From positions 229,609 through 293,608 of the forward strand of contig CAYYWQ010000001.1 of NCBI GenBank assembly GCA_964474825.1: a stretch of DNA of 64,000 nt. Direction: 5' to 3'. The position numbers were made by a program, and so were the translations under genes. The notes under the pieces were generated by a model. The model had not been told where the DNA came from. It ran no database searches and saw nothing but the letters and a program-made list of their open reading frames with translations. This DNA comes from an uncultured Candidatus Saccharibacteria bacterium (lineage in GTDB: Bacteria > Patescibacteriota > Doudnabacteria > UBA920). Shown here one piece after another: positions 10,601 through 19,721 of the stretch. How positions within the stretch are numbered: the stretch's first letter is position 1; every line of letters begins with the position of its first letter.

Positions 10601-11260
10601 GCTGCAATTCTTGAAGCAGACGAAATAGAAAGAGCGACGGGTCCGGAAATAGCAAAAGCACTTAAGGCCTTGGAAGATCCGTACGCTGAAAGTAATCATG
10701 ATTATGCGAATTCAATGCATGCGGAACGTGGTAGGAATTATATGAAGATTAACCTGTCAAAGAAAAAAGGTGGTCAGCAAATGGATATGTTCCATGACTC
10801 TCTTATTAACGTTGGAGTAGAAGATGGAGAAGCTGTTTTAAGTGATGCGGGTACCCAAGCATTAGGTAAAATTGACGAGCAGTCAATCTACGCTTTGCTT
10901 AGGGACAACATGGCTCCCAAAACTAAAGATAAGTTTAAGCTTTATACCAAAGGGATTGCAGTCAATGAGGCAAAAACTATTGCAAAAATTCAAAATCAGT
11001 TAACTAAGGTGGTAAGAGATGAGAACCGCGAAAAAGGAGTATTTATGACAGACCCCGAGATTGCCAAGCAGGTGGAATCAAGAACAAATTTATGGCTTGC
11101 TGCTTCGGCAGGTTTGGCTTCTGGTGAGCAGGCTCAAACTGTCATGCGAGCATTTGAACTTAAAACAGATCCTAATACTAATATTACAGAAACTTTAGCA
11201 GAAAGGGATTTAAGAGTTAGGGCAGAGTTGATTAAAAAGATTAAAGACAGTCAAAAGTAA
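7631..11260 (+). CDS. VirB6/TrbL-like polytopic membrane protein with Gly/Ala-rich extracytoplasmic region and ~500-aa charged C-terminal domain
   Basis: TTG start; signal/TM; 6-7 TM helices between aa ~380-690; organisation resembles VirB6/TrbL giant variants. Confidence 0.5.
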   Translation: MRKLKQKFKTSVFSLVLIIILLSGLGGFFVYPKTAKAAGNVYNFSDIVLTETVEVSNNQNGPWNNVNFVRVGKDSNFYVKVTIQVASLKNTNNQVVTSFDTKNDSVFNPGWYNTNFSISGVGSSFVAKVTQEQAAAIKQKIEAGADPKTVGGIPCFKESMTSGGGAALNGVVIVGASAAVALTGGAALSAGALAVGGSAVGTAAGAAVQNVALFIAINGSTVAGGSTAATLATFRPAAASDYIKCDGPIGGSNQPGPQSPGAVPVGGTLFSSTVTVPATAYANLGLSQQADATKESSTQPVNEFFVVPNVYFSSWLGVRNDFMSTIGAGKSIYVQLYDTQENANKHASEAVPSSVPNNGSNTGSGTNLGDGGSGLLGLINKIIGIIVGILSELAYLIFYTLLAPMIQAMLSIHTYSDTFVGVIYPAWIVVRNVCNIIFIVAIIAIAMGTLFRVESYQYKHLLVQLIIAALLVNFSLVIGQAILGIADTAQNQFLPNNVEVVRSLGKNLMVQYRPDVWNMDFAGHGYFSDTVKQLFFLAMSLGSLAVFAAIAVFLVIRIVALWIFLMISPIAYVAGVLPTTAKYRSEWWSNFIKYAFFTPIMAFMLNIAAYIANMQTNNGVLNYLKVDPSTLGGSNFASFVVQISSNVILLVFLFAATMVAEKMGIYGGDIVSKVGKQGLLAPFAGAKFLTKDVAGGWVKKHYDKKTEGLASGKILPGLFGDKGGQWLSRQLFKVAHPITTVGKIREESKEERELYKARVEAAAVKVARKQFGWRRMTEDPMYLFDEHKGKELYEKEEGQWSPNEQVNVGKINRLAEESKKGDLRARVKLKFALAEAFRNRNLNEVMGGENGLAARNPELFGGPLNYNADNIRFFFQQMTEGGYLDEDFTREFLKDIGRDAYEKGDFNGAELVYSDPKTGHPHMIHMAPRDEEGNSLPVGWNDYVQKREEFIRDADAIGKRNAVTVGKAKAVTKATKNLGPGATPAQIAAEAAILEADEIERATGPEIAKALKALEDPYAESNHDYANSMHAERGRNYMKINLSKKKGGQQMDMFHDSLINVGVEDGEAVLSDAGTQALGKIDEQSIYALLRDNMAPKTKDKFKLYTKGIAVNEAKTIAKIQNQLTKVVRDENREKGVFMTDPEIAKQVESRTNLWLAASAGLASGEQAQTVMRAFELKTDPNTNITETLAERDLRVRAELIKKIKDSQK

Positions 11261-11289
11261 AAATAAAAAGTTTTTAAATTTTAGTTAAA

Positions 11290-12447
11290 ATGACCCTTGA
11301 AGAAGTAAAAGAAATAATAACCAATTCCAAATTTAATCCTGATTTAAAGCAGAGGATGGTTTTATTTTTGCCCAGGCTAGGTAAAAATTCTTTAGAGAGT
11401 TTAGGAAAGGAAGTGAGTAGGGGAGATTCGGTAATAATTGCGGAATATTTAACATCTTTATGGGAAAGCTTTGCGAATTTTTTGGACGGGCTTAAAAATA
11501 AAGACCAGAATGCGTTAAGAGACCTGTCGGAATTCTTTGCAAAAAGACTCTCAAGATTTAATGACGAAGATGAATTTTACACATTAGGCTTTGTGTTGGA
11601 CGTACGCGCTATTGGCCGAAGAGCTCAGACTCAGCTTAGCGCTGAGCAAAATAAGAAGTTGCTTGATTTTGAAATCAGAATGTTTTGGGATTTACCCAAA
11701 GAAGAGGTGCTTTATTTGCTGCGTAATAATATTTTGTATTTACTGGAAAAAATTAATCTTTTAGAGTATACCCGGGCAGCAATTTATAAAAATAATTGGG
11801 ATGAGGGTGATACGTTCAATCAACTATTCCTAGACGCATTGCTACAGAATAAAGAAATGCTAGGGAGCGGGGAATCCAAACCTGTTGGGGTATGGATTAA
11901 GGATTTTTTAAGTTTTTCTGTGCCCACACATTCTCAAGCCAGCACTTTTGGGGTTGCCGAGTTTTTGTTAAGAGGTCCTTCAATCAAAGAGCTTTCTAAA
12001 ATCGAAAAAGAAGGGTTGGCGGAAATTTTAAATTTATTTGTTTGGCTAACAGAGCCAATTATAGTTGTAGACGAAGTTCGCAAATTTATTGAAAAAACCA
12101 AAGAAGCACAGTCTGAGGAAGTGACGCCGAGTAGCTTTCAGAATACCCAAAGGTTTACTTTGCCACCCGAACTTTTAAATGCTAGTAAGCCTATTGTAAA
12201 ACCAGCAGCTCCTCCTTTAGTGCCCGCGCCGGGTAACCAGCCGGTGGCAAAAAAAGTGCAAATGGGGGAGATATCACAGCCGCAACAGATGGTCCAGCCT
12301 GAGAGGCCAACCAAAACAACAGTAAACTATATTACCCAGAAGCCCACGCAAAACCAGCAGCCAACTAAGGCTGAAAAGTATTTACAGCAGGAAATAGACA
12401 GGAAGCTACATAAACTAGAAGAAAAAACAAAGGGGAGTAAGAAGTAG
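11290..12447 (+). CDS. hypothetical protein (385 aa), P/Q-rich C-terminus
   Basis: ORF in tight operon spacing (29 nt gap); no TM; no recognisable family. Confidence 0.5.
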   Translation: MTLEEVKEIITNSKFNPDLKQRMVLFLPRLGKNSLESLGKEVSRGDSVIIAEYLTSLWESFANFLDGLKNKDQNALRDLSEFFAKRLSRFNDEDEFYTLGFVLDVRAIGRRAQTQLSAEQNKKLLDFEIRMFWDLPKEEVLYLLRNNILYLLEKINLLEYTRAAIYKNNWDEGDTFNQLFLDALLQNKEMLGSGESKPVGVWIKDFLSFSVPTHSQASTFGVAEFLLRGPSIKELSKIEKEGLAEILNLFVWLTEPIIVVDEVRKFIEKTKEAQSEEVTPSSFQNTQRFTLPPELLNASKPIVKPAAPPLVPAPGNQPVAKKVQMGEISQPQQMVQPERPTKTTVNYITQKPTQNQQPTKAEKYLQQEIDRKLHKLEEKTKGSKK

Positions 12448-12470
12448 ATAGTAGCTAGAATAAAGAGAAT

Positions 12471-13898
12471 ATGGAAAACGAACATCAACAAAAAATTCAA
12501 AATTTGGTTAAGGTCTCCTCTATATTAGTAGAGGCGGAAAAGAATGAGTGGTTGGAGTTAATGGATTTAATGAATGACCGCCAGCTTTTGGAATTGGAAA
12601 GAATTTTGCAGGATTCGGGCAACAACCAAAAAGCCGTGGTTGCAAAAGAAGGGGAAAAGCCCTCCCAGGTGCAATCTTTGAAAAGCAAGCCCATAGAAAC
12701 CCAACCAGTTAAAAATCCTGCCACCTCCCCTTTTAGCCATATTTTAAATTTCCCCAAAGCTCCGGGCGCGCAGCCTCTTCCTCCAATAAAGCCTTTGCCA
12801 ATAGTCCAGGCTAAGGTGGAGAGCAGGATTGTTGAGCCCAAAAAACAGTCGCCATTTTTGGCAAAACTAAAAAATATTTTTACGGAAAAAGAGTTGCCGG
12901 CTCCGCACCAGGGCGCTTTGTCAGACCATAGTGTGGTTAAGGATTTACCGGTTAAAGCTAAGCCTGTTCCGCCAAAGCCGCAGCCACATCATTTAAAACT
13001 GAAAGAACAGCTAAAGAAGCCGGTGGAGGAAGCTCCAAAGCCAAAATTGCCTGAGCCTGTCAAAAAGCCGGTAGAAGAACCTGTTTTGCCAAAAGCACCC
13101 CAGCAGCCCGAGCCAAAAAAACCGGAAAATGTAACCATAAATGTTTTTCTTAATGACCAAACAAAACAAGGGCAGGGTTTGGGCGTTGCCCAGGCCCAAA
13201 GCGCGCTAGAGCAAGTGTCTGCCGCCGGTCTGCCTACGGGCGGGAAGCCGGATGAGCTTAGCCAGCAAATTGCCGAGTCTATGTCCGCGGCGGTTCCACC
13301 CCAGGCAAAACAAAGTGTTCCTTCAAAGTCTACTCCGGCTCGTCCGTCCGATCCTGAGGTTGCCAATAATCACGCTAAAAGCGGTTGGGGACAAACAGAA
13401 GAAGGTCTAATAAATTCAAACCGCAATAAAGAAAATGTTAAAGCGGCTGTGGCTGCCGCTGTTAGCACAGTAGCTTATGGCTTAAATTTTCCTGAAGGTT
13501 CCAGTGCCGAAGCTTTAAAAAGCAGGTTAACAGGTACGAGTCAGCAATCTATTGGCGGCAAGGCTGCCCCGGCCCCTGCAGGGACAAAAATTGTGCTCCA
13601 AGAAAAGCCCGGAGACAATATAAAGCTTGAGACTTTGGCAGATATAGATGTTTTAAAGCCTGACGACCTCAAACAACACGCTACCGGCACAATGTTCCGC
13701 AAGCTCCAAAAGCTTGTGTCGGTGAACGGCCTGCACGAAGTGGTGCGCCATATGGAAATTAGTCCTTTGTACAAAGCCTATATAGAAACCGGGGTCGCGT
13801 TATTAAAAGAAGATGCCAACCGTAAGTCCGCGCCTCTTACCAGCAGCGATTTTGAACGCTTTGTAGACCTTCTTATTATGATGAGATCTAAATCTTAA
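12471..13898 (+). CDS. hypothetical protein with proline-rich KKPVEE(A/P)... repeats
   Basis: internal repeats KKPVEEAPKPKLPEP / KKPVEEPVLPKAP; 23 nt gap from upstream gene. Confidence 0.5.
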   Translation: MENEHQQKIQNLVKVSSILVEAEKNEWLELMDLMNDRQLLELERILQDSGNNQKAVVAKEGEKPSQVQSLKSKPIETQPVKNPATSPFSHILNFPKAPGAQPLPPIKPLPIVQAKVESRIVEPKKQSPFLAKLKNIFTEKELPAPHQGALSDHSVVKDLPVKAKPVPPKPQPHHLKLKEQLKKPVEEAPKPKLPEPVKKPVEEPVLPKAPQQPEPKKPENVTINVFLNDQTKQGQGLGVAQAQSALEQVSAAGLPTGGKPDELSQQIAESMSAAVPPQAKQSVPSKSTPARPSDPEVANNHAKSGWGQTEEGLINSNRNKENVKAAVAAAVSTVAYGLNFPEGSSAEALKSRLTGTSQQSIGGKAAPAPAGTKIVLQEKPGDNIKLETLADIDVLKPDDLKQHATGTMFRKLQKLVSVNGLHEVVRHMEISPLYKAYIETGVALLKEDANRKSAPLTSSDFERFVDLLIMMRSKS

Positions 13899-13926
13899 GG
13901 TTTCTATGGTATAATTAATCTATTAT

Positions 13927-14367
13927 ATGCAATTTTCCGTACCACAATTTACTGAGGTAGAAGATAAAATAATTGGCCCGCTGACTATTAAGCAGTTTGG
14001 TATTATTTTTGGCGGCGGAGTTTTCGTGTTTATTGCTTTCACTCTTACAAAGAGCATGGCAGTCTTAATTATTTCCGGTTTGTTTTTTGGCTTGCCTACC
14101 TTAGGCTTAGCTTTTGGCAAACTAAACGGCAGGCCGATTTATAACATGCTAGGTAATTTGTTGGCATTTATTACCAGTCCTAAGGTTTTAATTTTCCATA
14201 AACAGGGAGTGCTAGCATCAGACAATAAGCAGAAAGACGAGGCGCTGGGAGCAAAAACAGCTGCCGATGTTAACATGAGCACTGCCGCCACCTCGCGTCA
14301 AAGACTTACCGAAGTCAATAAACTATTAGAAAAACAGGCGGCTGAGGAGAGGGAATTATTGAAATGA
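13927..14367 (+). CDS. VirB3/PrgI-like small two-TM membrane protein
   Basis: 146 aa, two adjacent TM helices (GIIFGGGVFVFIAFTL / AVLIISGLFFGLPTLGLAF); position just upstream of VirB4. Confidence 0.4.
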   Translation: MQFSVPQFTEVEDKIIGPLTIKQFGIIFGGGVFVFIAFTLTKSMAVLIISGLFFGLPTLGLAFGKLNGRPIYNMLGNLLAFITSPKVLIFHKQGVLASDNKQKDEALGAKTAADVNMSTAATSRQRLTEVNKLLEKQAAEERELLK

Positions 14368-14452
14368 GCATTTAGTAGTTAGTATATAGCAGTTAGGTTT
14401 GTTAATCCCTACCTGCTAAATGCTATTTGCTACAAGCTAAGAGCTAATACCT

Positions 14453-15136
14453 ATGAAATTAGAAATGCAGGAAAAATCCACAACAACGGCAAAGTCCACA
14501 CAAAGCTTTTTGCCTATTAGTGAAATAAAAAATGACGTGGTCGTTTTAAACAACGGCACTTTGCGCGCGATTTTGGCGGTATCCAGCACTAATTTTGACT
14601 TAAAAAGTCAGGATGAACAAAATGCCATTATTTATAATTTCCAGCGTTTTTTGAATTCTTTGGAATTTTCAGTGCAAATTTTAATGCAAAGCCGGAAAAT
14701 GGAAATTGGCACTTATTTGGAAAAGCTAAAAGGGATTGCCGAAAAACAGACAAATGAGCTGCTTAGGGTCCAGACTTTGGAATATGTGGAATTTATTAGC
14801 CGGCTTATAGAAAACGCCAGTATTATGAACAAGAATTTTTACGTTATTGTCCCGTTAGACGAAAGTATAACGCCCCAGGCGGCCGGATTTTTTAGCCGGA
14901 TTTTTGGGGGAGGTAAAACCAAGGAATTAAAGCAAAAAGTTGAAAATTTTGAAAAACTTAAAGAGAAGCTCGATAACCGGATTTCTGCGGTTAGTTCCAA
15001 TCTTTCCAGTATTGGCCTGCAATCTTCGCCGCTTAAAACAGAGGCTATTATTCAGCTCTATTACAACTCCTACAATTTTGACGCCGCTCCAACACTAGAC
15101 CCGAATAAATTAAAAGAAATGAAAATAGCGCAGTAA
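14453..15136 (+). CDS. VirB4/TrbE N-terminal domain-like protein (possible detached N-terminal part of VirB4)
   Basis: LNNGTLRAILAVSSTNFDLKSQDEQNAIIYNFQRFLNSLEFSVQI matches the CagE/TrbE/VirB4 N-terminal pattern; in frame with the next ORF, separated only by TAA TAA TTT. Confidence 0.45.
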   Translation: MKLEMQEKSTTTAKSTQSFLPISEIKNDVVVLNNGTLRAILAVSSTNFDLKSQDEQNAIIYNFQRFLNSLEFSVQILMQSRKMEIGTYLEKLKGIAEKQTNELLRVQTLEYVEFISRLIENASIMNKNFYVIVPLDESITPQAAGFFSRIFGGGKTKELKQKVENFEKLKEKLDNRISAVSSNLSSIGLQSSPLKTEAIIQLYYNSYNFDAAPTLDPNKLKEMKIAQ

Positions 15137-15142
15137 TAATTT

Positions 15143-16987
15143 ATGTCAATTTTTAAAATAAAAACCGAAAAAGAACTGGAAGAAAAAAAATCCATGCTCC
15201 AGGAGGCGGAGCAGGAGCGTGATTTAAGCAAGAAAATTACCGATGTTGAAAAGACTTACCGTGAGGGTCTTACAACCTTGAAAGATTTAATTGCCCCGGC
15301 GAGTCTGAAGTTTGAAAGCTCTTATTTTGAATTAAACGGCAAGTTTGCACGAAGCTTCTTTGTTTTGGCATACCCCAGGTTCCTTTCCAGTAACTGGCTG
15401 TCTTTTATTATACAGGCCGAAGGCGCTCTGGATTTGTCCATGTATATTTATCCAATAGACTCCGAAACAATTTTAAAAAAGTTAAAATCTAAAGTCGGGG
15501 AGCTGGGCAGCCAAATGTCCATTAACCAGGAAAAAGGTGGCGTACGTGACCCAATGCTGGAAACGGCCTATAAAGACGTGGAAGGTTTACGGGACCAGCT
15601 TATGCAAGGTACTGAGCGTTATTTCCGTTTTGCCCTGTATTTTACTATTTACGCGGACGACTTAAAGGAATTAGACAAGAACTCTTCCACTTTGGAATCC
15701 GCTTTGGGCGCTAAACTTATTGTTACCAAGCGGGCAATAATGCAGACCCAGCAGGGTTTTAATTCCACTTTGCCTTTTGGTAAAGACGAGCTGGATGTTG
15801 GTAACAACATGAACACCAGTCCGCTGTCTACATGTTTTCCTTTTGTTTCCTCTGACTTAACGGGTAACGATGGTATTTTATATGGCATTAACCGCCACAA
15901 CAACAGTTTAATTCTGTTTGACAGGTTTGCCATGGAAAATGCCAACTCCGTAATTTTTGCCAAATCCGGCGCCGGGAAATCTTACGCGGTTAAACTGGAA
16001 GTACTGCGGCATTTAATGATAGGCACGGACGTGGTAATTATAGACCCGGAAAACGAATACAAACATTTGGCCGATGCCGTGGGTGGCACGTACTTGAGCG
16101 TTTCGTTAAATTCCAATTCCCGTATTAACCCGTTCGATTTGCCCGTTGCAATAGAAGGGGAAGACAATGCTGATGTTTTGCGCTCGTCGGTAGTTAACTT
16201 GCTTGGTTTGTTCAGTTTAATGCTCGGCAAGTTAAACCCAACGGAAGAAGCTTTAATGGACAAGGCCATTTGGCAGACTTATGCCAAAAAAGACATTACC
16301 GCGCAATCGGATTTTAAAACCGTAGAATATCCGACAATGAACGATTTAATAGAAATCCTGCATGGTATGGTGGGCGCGGAAAGTTTGGCTCAAAGGTTGA
16401 CTAAATATACCGAAGGAACTTTTGCCGGGTTATTTAACCAGCCAACCAATGTGGTTTTAAATAATCAGTTGGTGGTTTTTTCCATCCGAGATTTGGAAGA
16501 TGAATTGCGGCCCATTGCAATGTATATTATTTTAAACCATATTTGGAACATTGTGCGCAGTGAGCTAAAAAAACGCATTTTGGTGGTTGACGAAGCCTGG
16601 ATTATGATGCAGCACGAAGACAGCGCGCGGTTTTTATTTGGTATTGCCAAACGCGGGCGCAAGTATTATTTAGGTCTTACCACGGTAACCCAGGACGTTG
16701 CCGACTTTATGGCCAGTCCATACGGCAAGCCTATTGTAACCAACTCTTCCATCCAGCTGTTGTTAAAACAATCGCCGGCGGCTATAAATATTATTGCCGA
16801 CACCTTTTTCTTAACAGAAGGTGAAAAATATTTGCTTTTGGAAAGCGAAGTTGGGGAAGGTATTTTTTTTGCCGGGCTTAAGCACGCGGCAATTAAAATA
16901 TATGCATCTTATGTGGAAGACCAAATTATTACCACCGACCCAAAACAGCTTTTGGAAATTCAGGAAAGCCAGGAAAAATTAAGCTAA
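15143..16987 (+). CDS. VirB4/TrbE/CagE-family T4SS ATPase
   Basis: Walker A FAKSGAGKSYAV, Walker B ILVVDEAWIMM, conserved RKYYLGLTTVTQDVADF block. Confidence 0.85.
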   Translation: MSIFKIKTEKELEEKKSMLQEAEQERDLSKKITDVEKTYREGLTTLKDLIAPASLKFESSYFELNGKFARSFFVLAYPRFLSSNWLSFIIQAEGALDLSMYIYPIDSETILKKLKSKVGELGSQMSINQEKGGVRDPMLETAYKDVEGLRDQLMQGTERYFRFALYFTIYADDLKELDKNSSTLESALGAKLIVTKRAIMQTQQGFNSTLPFGKDELDVGNNMNTSPLSTCFPFVSSDLTGNDGILYGINRHNNSLILFDRFAMENANSVIFAKSGAGKSYAVKLEVLRHLMIGTDVVIIDPENEYKHLADAVGGTYLSVSLNSNSRINPFDLPVAIEGEDNADVLRSSVVNLLGLFSLMLGKLNPTEEALMDKAIWQTYAKKDITAQSDFKTVEYPTMNDLIEILHGMVGAESLAQRLTKYTEGTFAGLFNQPTNVVLNNQLVVFSIRDLEDELRPIAMYIILNHIWNIVRSELKKRILVVDEAWIMMQHEDSARFLFGIAKRGRKYYLGLTTVTQDVADFMASPYGKPIVTNSSIQLLLKQSPAAINIIADTFFLTEGEKYLLLESEVGEGIFFAGLKHAAIKIYASYVEDQIITTDPKQLLEIQESQEKLS

Positions 16988-17070
16988 CGATTAACGATTG
17001 ACAATTAACAATTAACTTCTGATTTTGGGGTTAAACGTTAATCGTGAATTGTTAATTGTTTTTTTATTTT
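16988..17070 (+). terminator. hairpin/heptad-repeat structure with T-run after VirB4
   Basis: AACGATT/AACAATT heptad repeats and inverted GTTAATC/GTTAATT copies followed by ttttttatttt. Confidence 0.4.
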
Positions 17071-19641
17071 ATGGCGGACGATAATAAAAATTCGACGGCA
17101 GCTTCCGCTGATCCCACGGCGAGTACGGGAAGCAGTAGTGATACCAGGCCGAGGGGTGTAACTAACGGCATAAATTTGCCCGCCAGGTTTGATGTTAGGG
17201 GCCGTAACGTATCCATAAATACAGCCCACATTAACCGTGTTTTTGTTAATGTAAGACAAAGCTCTCTTTCCATAAGAACCAATGACCAAGTTTCTTTTGA
17301 AGGAATTGGTTTGCGGCCTTATACACACATAGTTTTCGCAACAAAATCCGAAGGGCAGCCCCTTATTCCCCCTGTTCAAAAAAGCTCCGAGAGCAGCGAT
17401 GTTCAGCTGATTTTTGAAATTCCGAAAATAAATTACGATGGTCTAATAGAAATAGAAATTATCAGCAATTCTGATTCGGATTACGATAAGGCAATTAACA
17501 GCCCTTCTTTTGCTTATTTTAATAACGAGGAAGAGGATGAAAAAAATAAATCTAAAACTTCAAAGGAGACTGAAGAGGAAAGAATAAGAAGCGAAAATGA
17601 AAAGTCCCATCTTATTTCCGATTTGGTTAATGCGCCTTTGGGAGTTATTGGGGCGGCGTTTGGGGGCGCAAAAGGAACAGGCTCAAGCGCTCAGACGGGA
17701 AATAAAAAACCAGCGACTGCATCCGCTGTAACGCCCGTTAAACAGGAGGCTAATGAAGATTTTGATACGCAAGAAGAGTCCCAGGTACAAACATCCAGTG
17801 TTGTTTTAACGGAAAATGAACAACAGGCCGCGGAACTGGTTGGTGAATATATAGACAAAAATCCTGAAGTAATTAGTGACGTTAGAATTCGCAATGAAAT
17901 TTTAGGGACTTTGGGGAGCGGCCAGCAAGGCCAGGTGGATTTGTCACAACTTAGCGGAGAGGCGCGGCAAACTCTGCAGACAACAGTCGCGCAGTCTGTA
18001 AAATCTCAAACCGGCCAGGGAGCACAAAGGCTTCAGGAGGCTTATGGGCAACTGGAACAAAAAATCCAAGTTCAAGGCGGAGGCGGCGGAGGTTCTGTTA
18101 CTGCCAGCACGCAGGTGCAAGCGCAAGGCGGAGGCAGCGGGCAGGTAAGTGGAGAAGTCAAAGCTGAATCAAAGTCGGCCGCAGAAATAAAAGCTAAAAC
18201 ATCGACAGAGGCTAAAGTTTCTGGGCAAATGCAAGGACAGGCGCAAGCCTCTTTCGGTGGCGTTGCCCCTTCAGCTGCCACGGCTGAGGTTTCCGCCCAA
18301 GGGACGCAGCCGGCAAAAACCAGCCCTGTCCAGCGGCAAAATATGGAAGTGGTGGGGGAGTATTTAGACAAAAATCCAAATAAAATTTCAAGTGCAGATT
18401 CAGGGACAAGGAACAGGATTATACAGGCCTTGGCTTCGGGAAATACCGACAGCTTAAATAAAAACGACCAAGAAGTTTTAAAGAAAACTTTAAATGCGCT
18501 GGGCCAAGACAGTTTGGCTCCGGCTGCTGTTAGATTGGCCGCAGATAATTTATCTGAAGGCGAAAAGCAGCCCTCTACCGAGCCTGTAAAAACCGCTACG
18601 GGTTCACAGCAGGAAAATCTTGCCGGAGGCGCTGGTAAGCCTTTGGATTCTGCCGGTCCAAAAAATGAAGCGGAAGAAGTGGGGCGGCCCCCTAAGGAAG
18701 CTTTAGAAATATTAAACAGACTAAAAAAAGAAGAAAAACCTTTGCCTCCGGGCGTGGTTGCTCCTCCAAAGCGTGGGGCTTCCGCAATTTCCGACCGGGC
18801 AGGGTTGGGAGGGCCATTAAAAAATGGCAGTGATATTAATGGACAGACGGAAGGGGTGTCGCCAGCTAAAAATTTGCCTGCTGTTACGGAGCCTAGAACA
18901 GGAGCCGGGGAAGGCGGGGAGCCTACAAGCAATGTTAATTCCACTCAGCTGCCTAAGTCTACAGAGCAAAATCCACCAACCGAACGGCCTAATGAGGAGG
19001 CTCCGGAAGGCGGTGCGCCGGACTCAGGAATGCCTCCCGTAAACCCGAAGGCCAGCCCAACTGCGCCGGTTTCTGATCCCACCAAAACAGATGAGCCGGA
19101 ATCTGATTCTTCCACACCCGCGCTCCCTGCCGCGGCCGCAACCGGGGCTGCAAATACCGCATTAGGCAATAAAATCTATAAAGAGGTAGGTGAAGTTGCT
19201 TCCAGTCAAATTTGGTATTTTGGTTTTTCAAGCTCCTGTCTTACGCTTTTTTCCGGCTTTGATTTTATGCTTGGCGGCATTGTAATGGCGGCGTATTGGA
19301 TTTTTGGGCACAGGAAAAATAAAGAACTGTTTCCATTAAAACGGTGGCAAAAAGCCGTAACCATTTTAGCCTTTATTTTACCAATTGTGTATTTGGTTGT
19401 TACAATAGAATTAATTATTTACGTTGGCTGCAATAGCCCCGTAGAATATAATGCAATCAGTAAATACAAACTTACGTATATTGGTTCTGTGTATCCGGAT
19501 GTTTGCGAAAGTATGGGGGCGGCTACGAATACAGGGGTCGGCGCCGGTGGGGGTACTCCAACTTTAAATCCCTCGGCCCCTCCAGCCGCTGCTCCGGCTG
19601 TCCCTCCTGCAGCCCTACAACCGCGTGGCTCCAGCCAGTAA
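17071..19641 (+). CDS. hypothetical large Q/G/A-rich protein with C-terminal TM segments and Pro/Ala tail
   Basis: ATG at 17071 (ORF track uses TTG 17056); internal repeat VGEYIDKNPEVIS / VGEYLDKNPNKIS; two hydrophobic helices near C-terminus. Confidence 0.5.
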   Translation: MADDNKNSTAASADPTASTGSSSDTRPRGVTNGINLPARFDVRGRNVSINTAHINRVFVNVRQSSLSIRTNDQVSFEGIGLRPYTHIVFATKSEGQPLIPPVQKSSESSDVQLIFEIPKINYDGLIEIEIISNSDSDYDKAINSPSFAYFNNEEEDEKNKSKTSKETEEERIRSENEKSHLISDLVNAPLGVIGAAFGGAKGTGSSAQTGNKKPATASAVTPVKQEANEDFDTQEESQVQTSSVVLTENEQQAAELVGEYIDKNPEVISDVRIRNEILGTLGSGQQGQVDLSQLSGEARQTLQTTVAQSVKSQTGQGAQRLQEAYGQLEQKIQVQGGGGGGSVTASTQVQAQGGGSGQVSGEVKAESKSAAEIKAKTSTEAKVSGQMQGQAQASFGGVAPSAATAEVSAQGTQPAKTSPVQRQNMEVVGEYLDKNPNKISSADSGTRNRIIQALASGNTDSLNKNDQEVLKKTLNALGQDSLAPAAVRLAADNLSEGEKQPSTEPVKTATGSQQENLAGGAGKPLDSAGPKNEAEEVGRPPKEALEILNRLKKEEKPLPPGVVAPPKRGASAISDRAGLGGPLKNGSDINGQTEGVSPAKNLPAVTEPRTGAGEGGEPTSNVNSTQLPKSTEQNPPTERPNEEAPEGGAPDSGMPPVNPKASPTAPVSDPTKTDEPESDSSTPALPAAAATGAANTALGNKIYKEVGEVASSQIWYFGFSSSCLTLFSGFDFMLGGIVMAAYWIFGHRKNKELFPLKRWQKAVTILAFILPIVYLVVTIELIIYVGCNSPVEYNAISKYKLTYIGSVYPDVCESMGAATNTGVGAGGGTPTLNPSAPPAAAPAVPPAALQPRGSSQ

Positions 19642-19721
19642 GGCCTCAATTTTGAGCCCTGAAATTTTTATGCTATAATAAATCCATATAAAAAAGTTTA
19701 GGGAAACCAAAACAAATATTT

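Noticed and set aside
15131-15145. Alternative genetic code (stop-codon reassignment) to explain TAA TAA between the VirB4 pieces
   Set aside because: No known bacterial code reassigns TAA. All other genes in the window are intact under code 11, and TGA/TAG/TAA all appear as terminators of well-conserved genes.
18072-18944. 290-aa minus-strand ORF (and several 60-80 aa ORFs) antisense to the 861-aa gene
   Set aside because: Lies entirely inside a low-complexity G/Q/A/P-rich coding region on the opposite strand. Composition-driven shadow ORF with no start context or motif.
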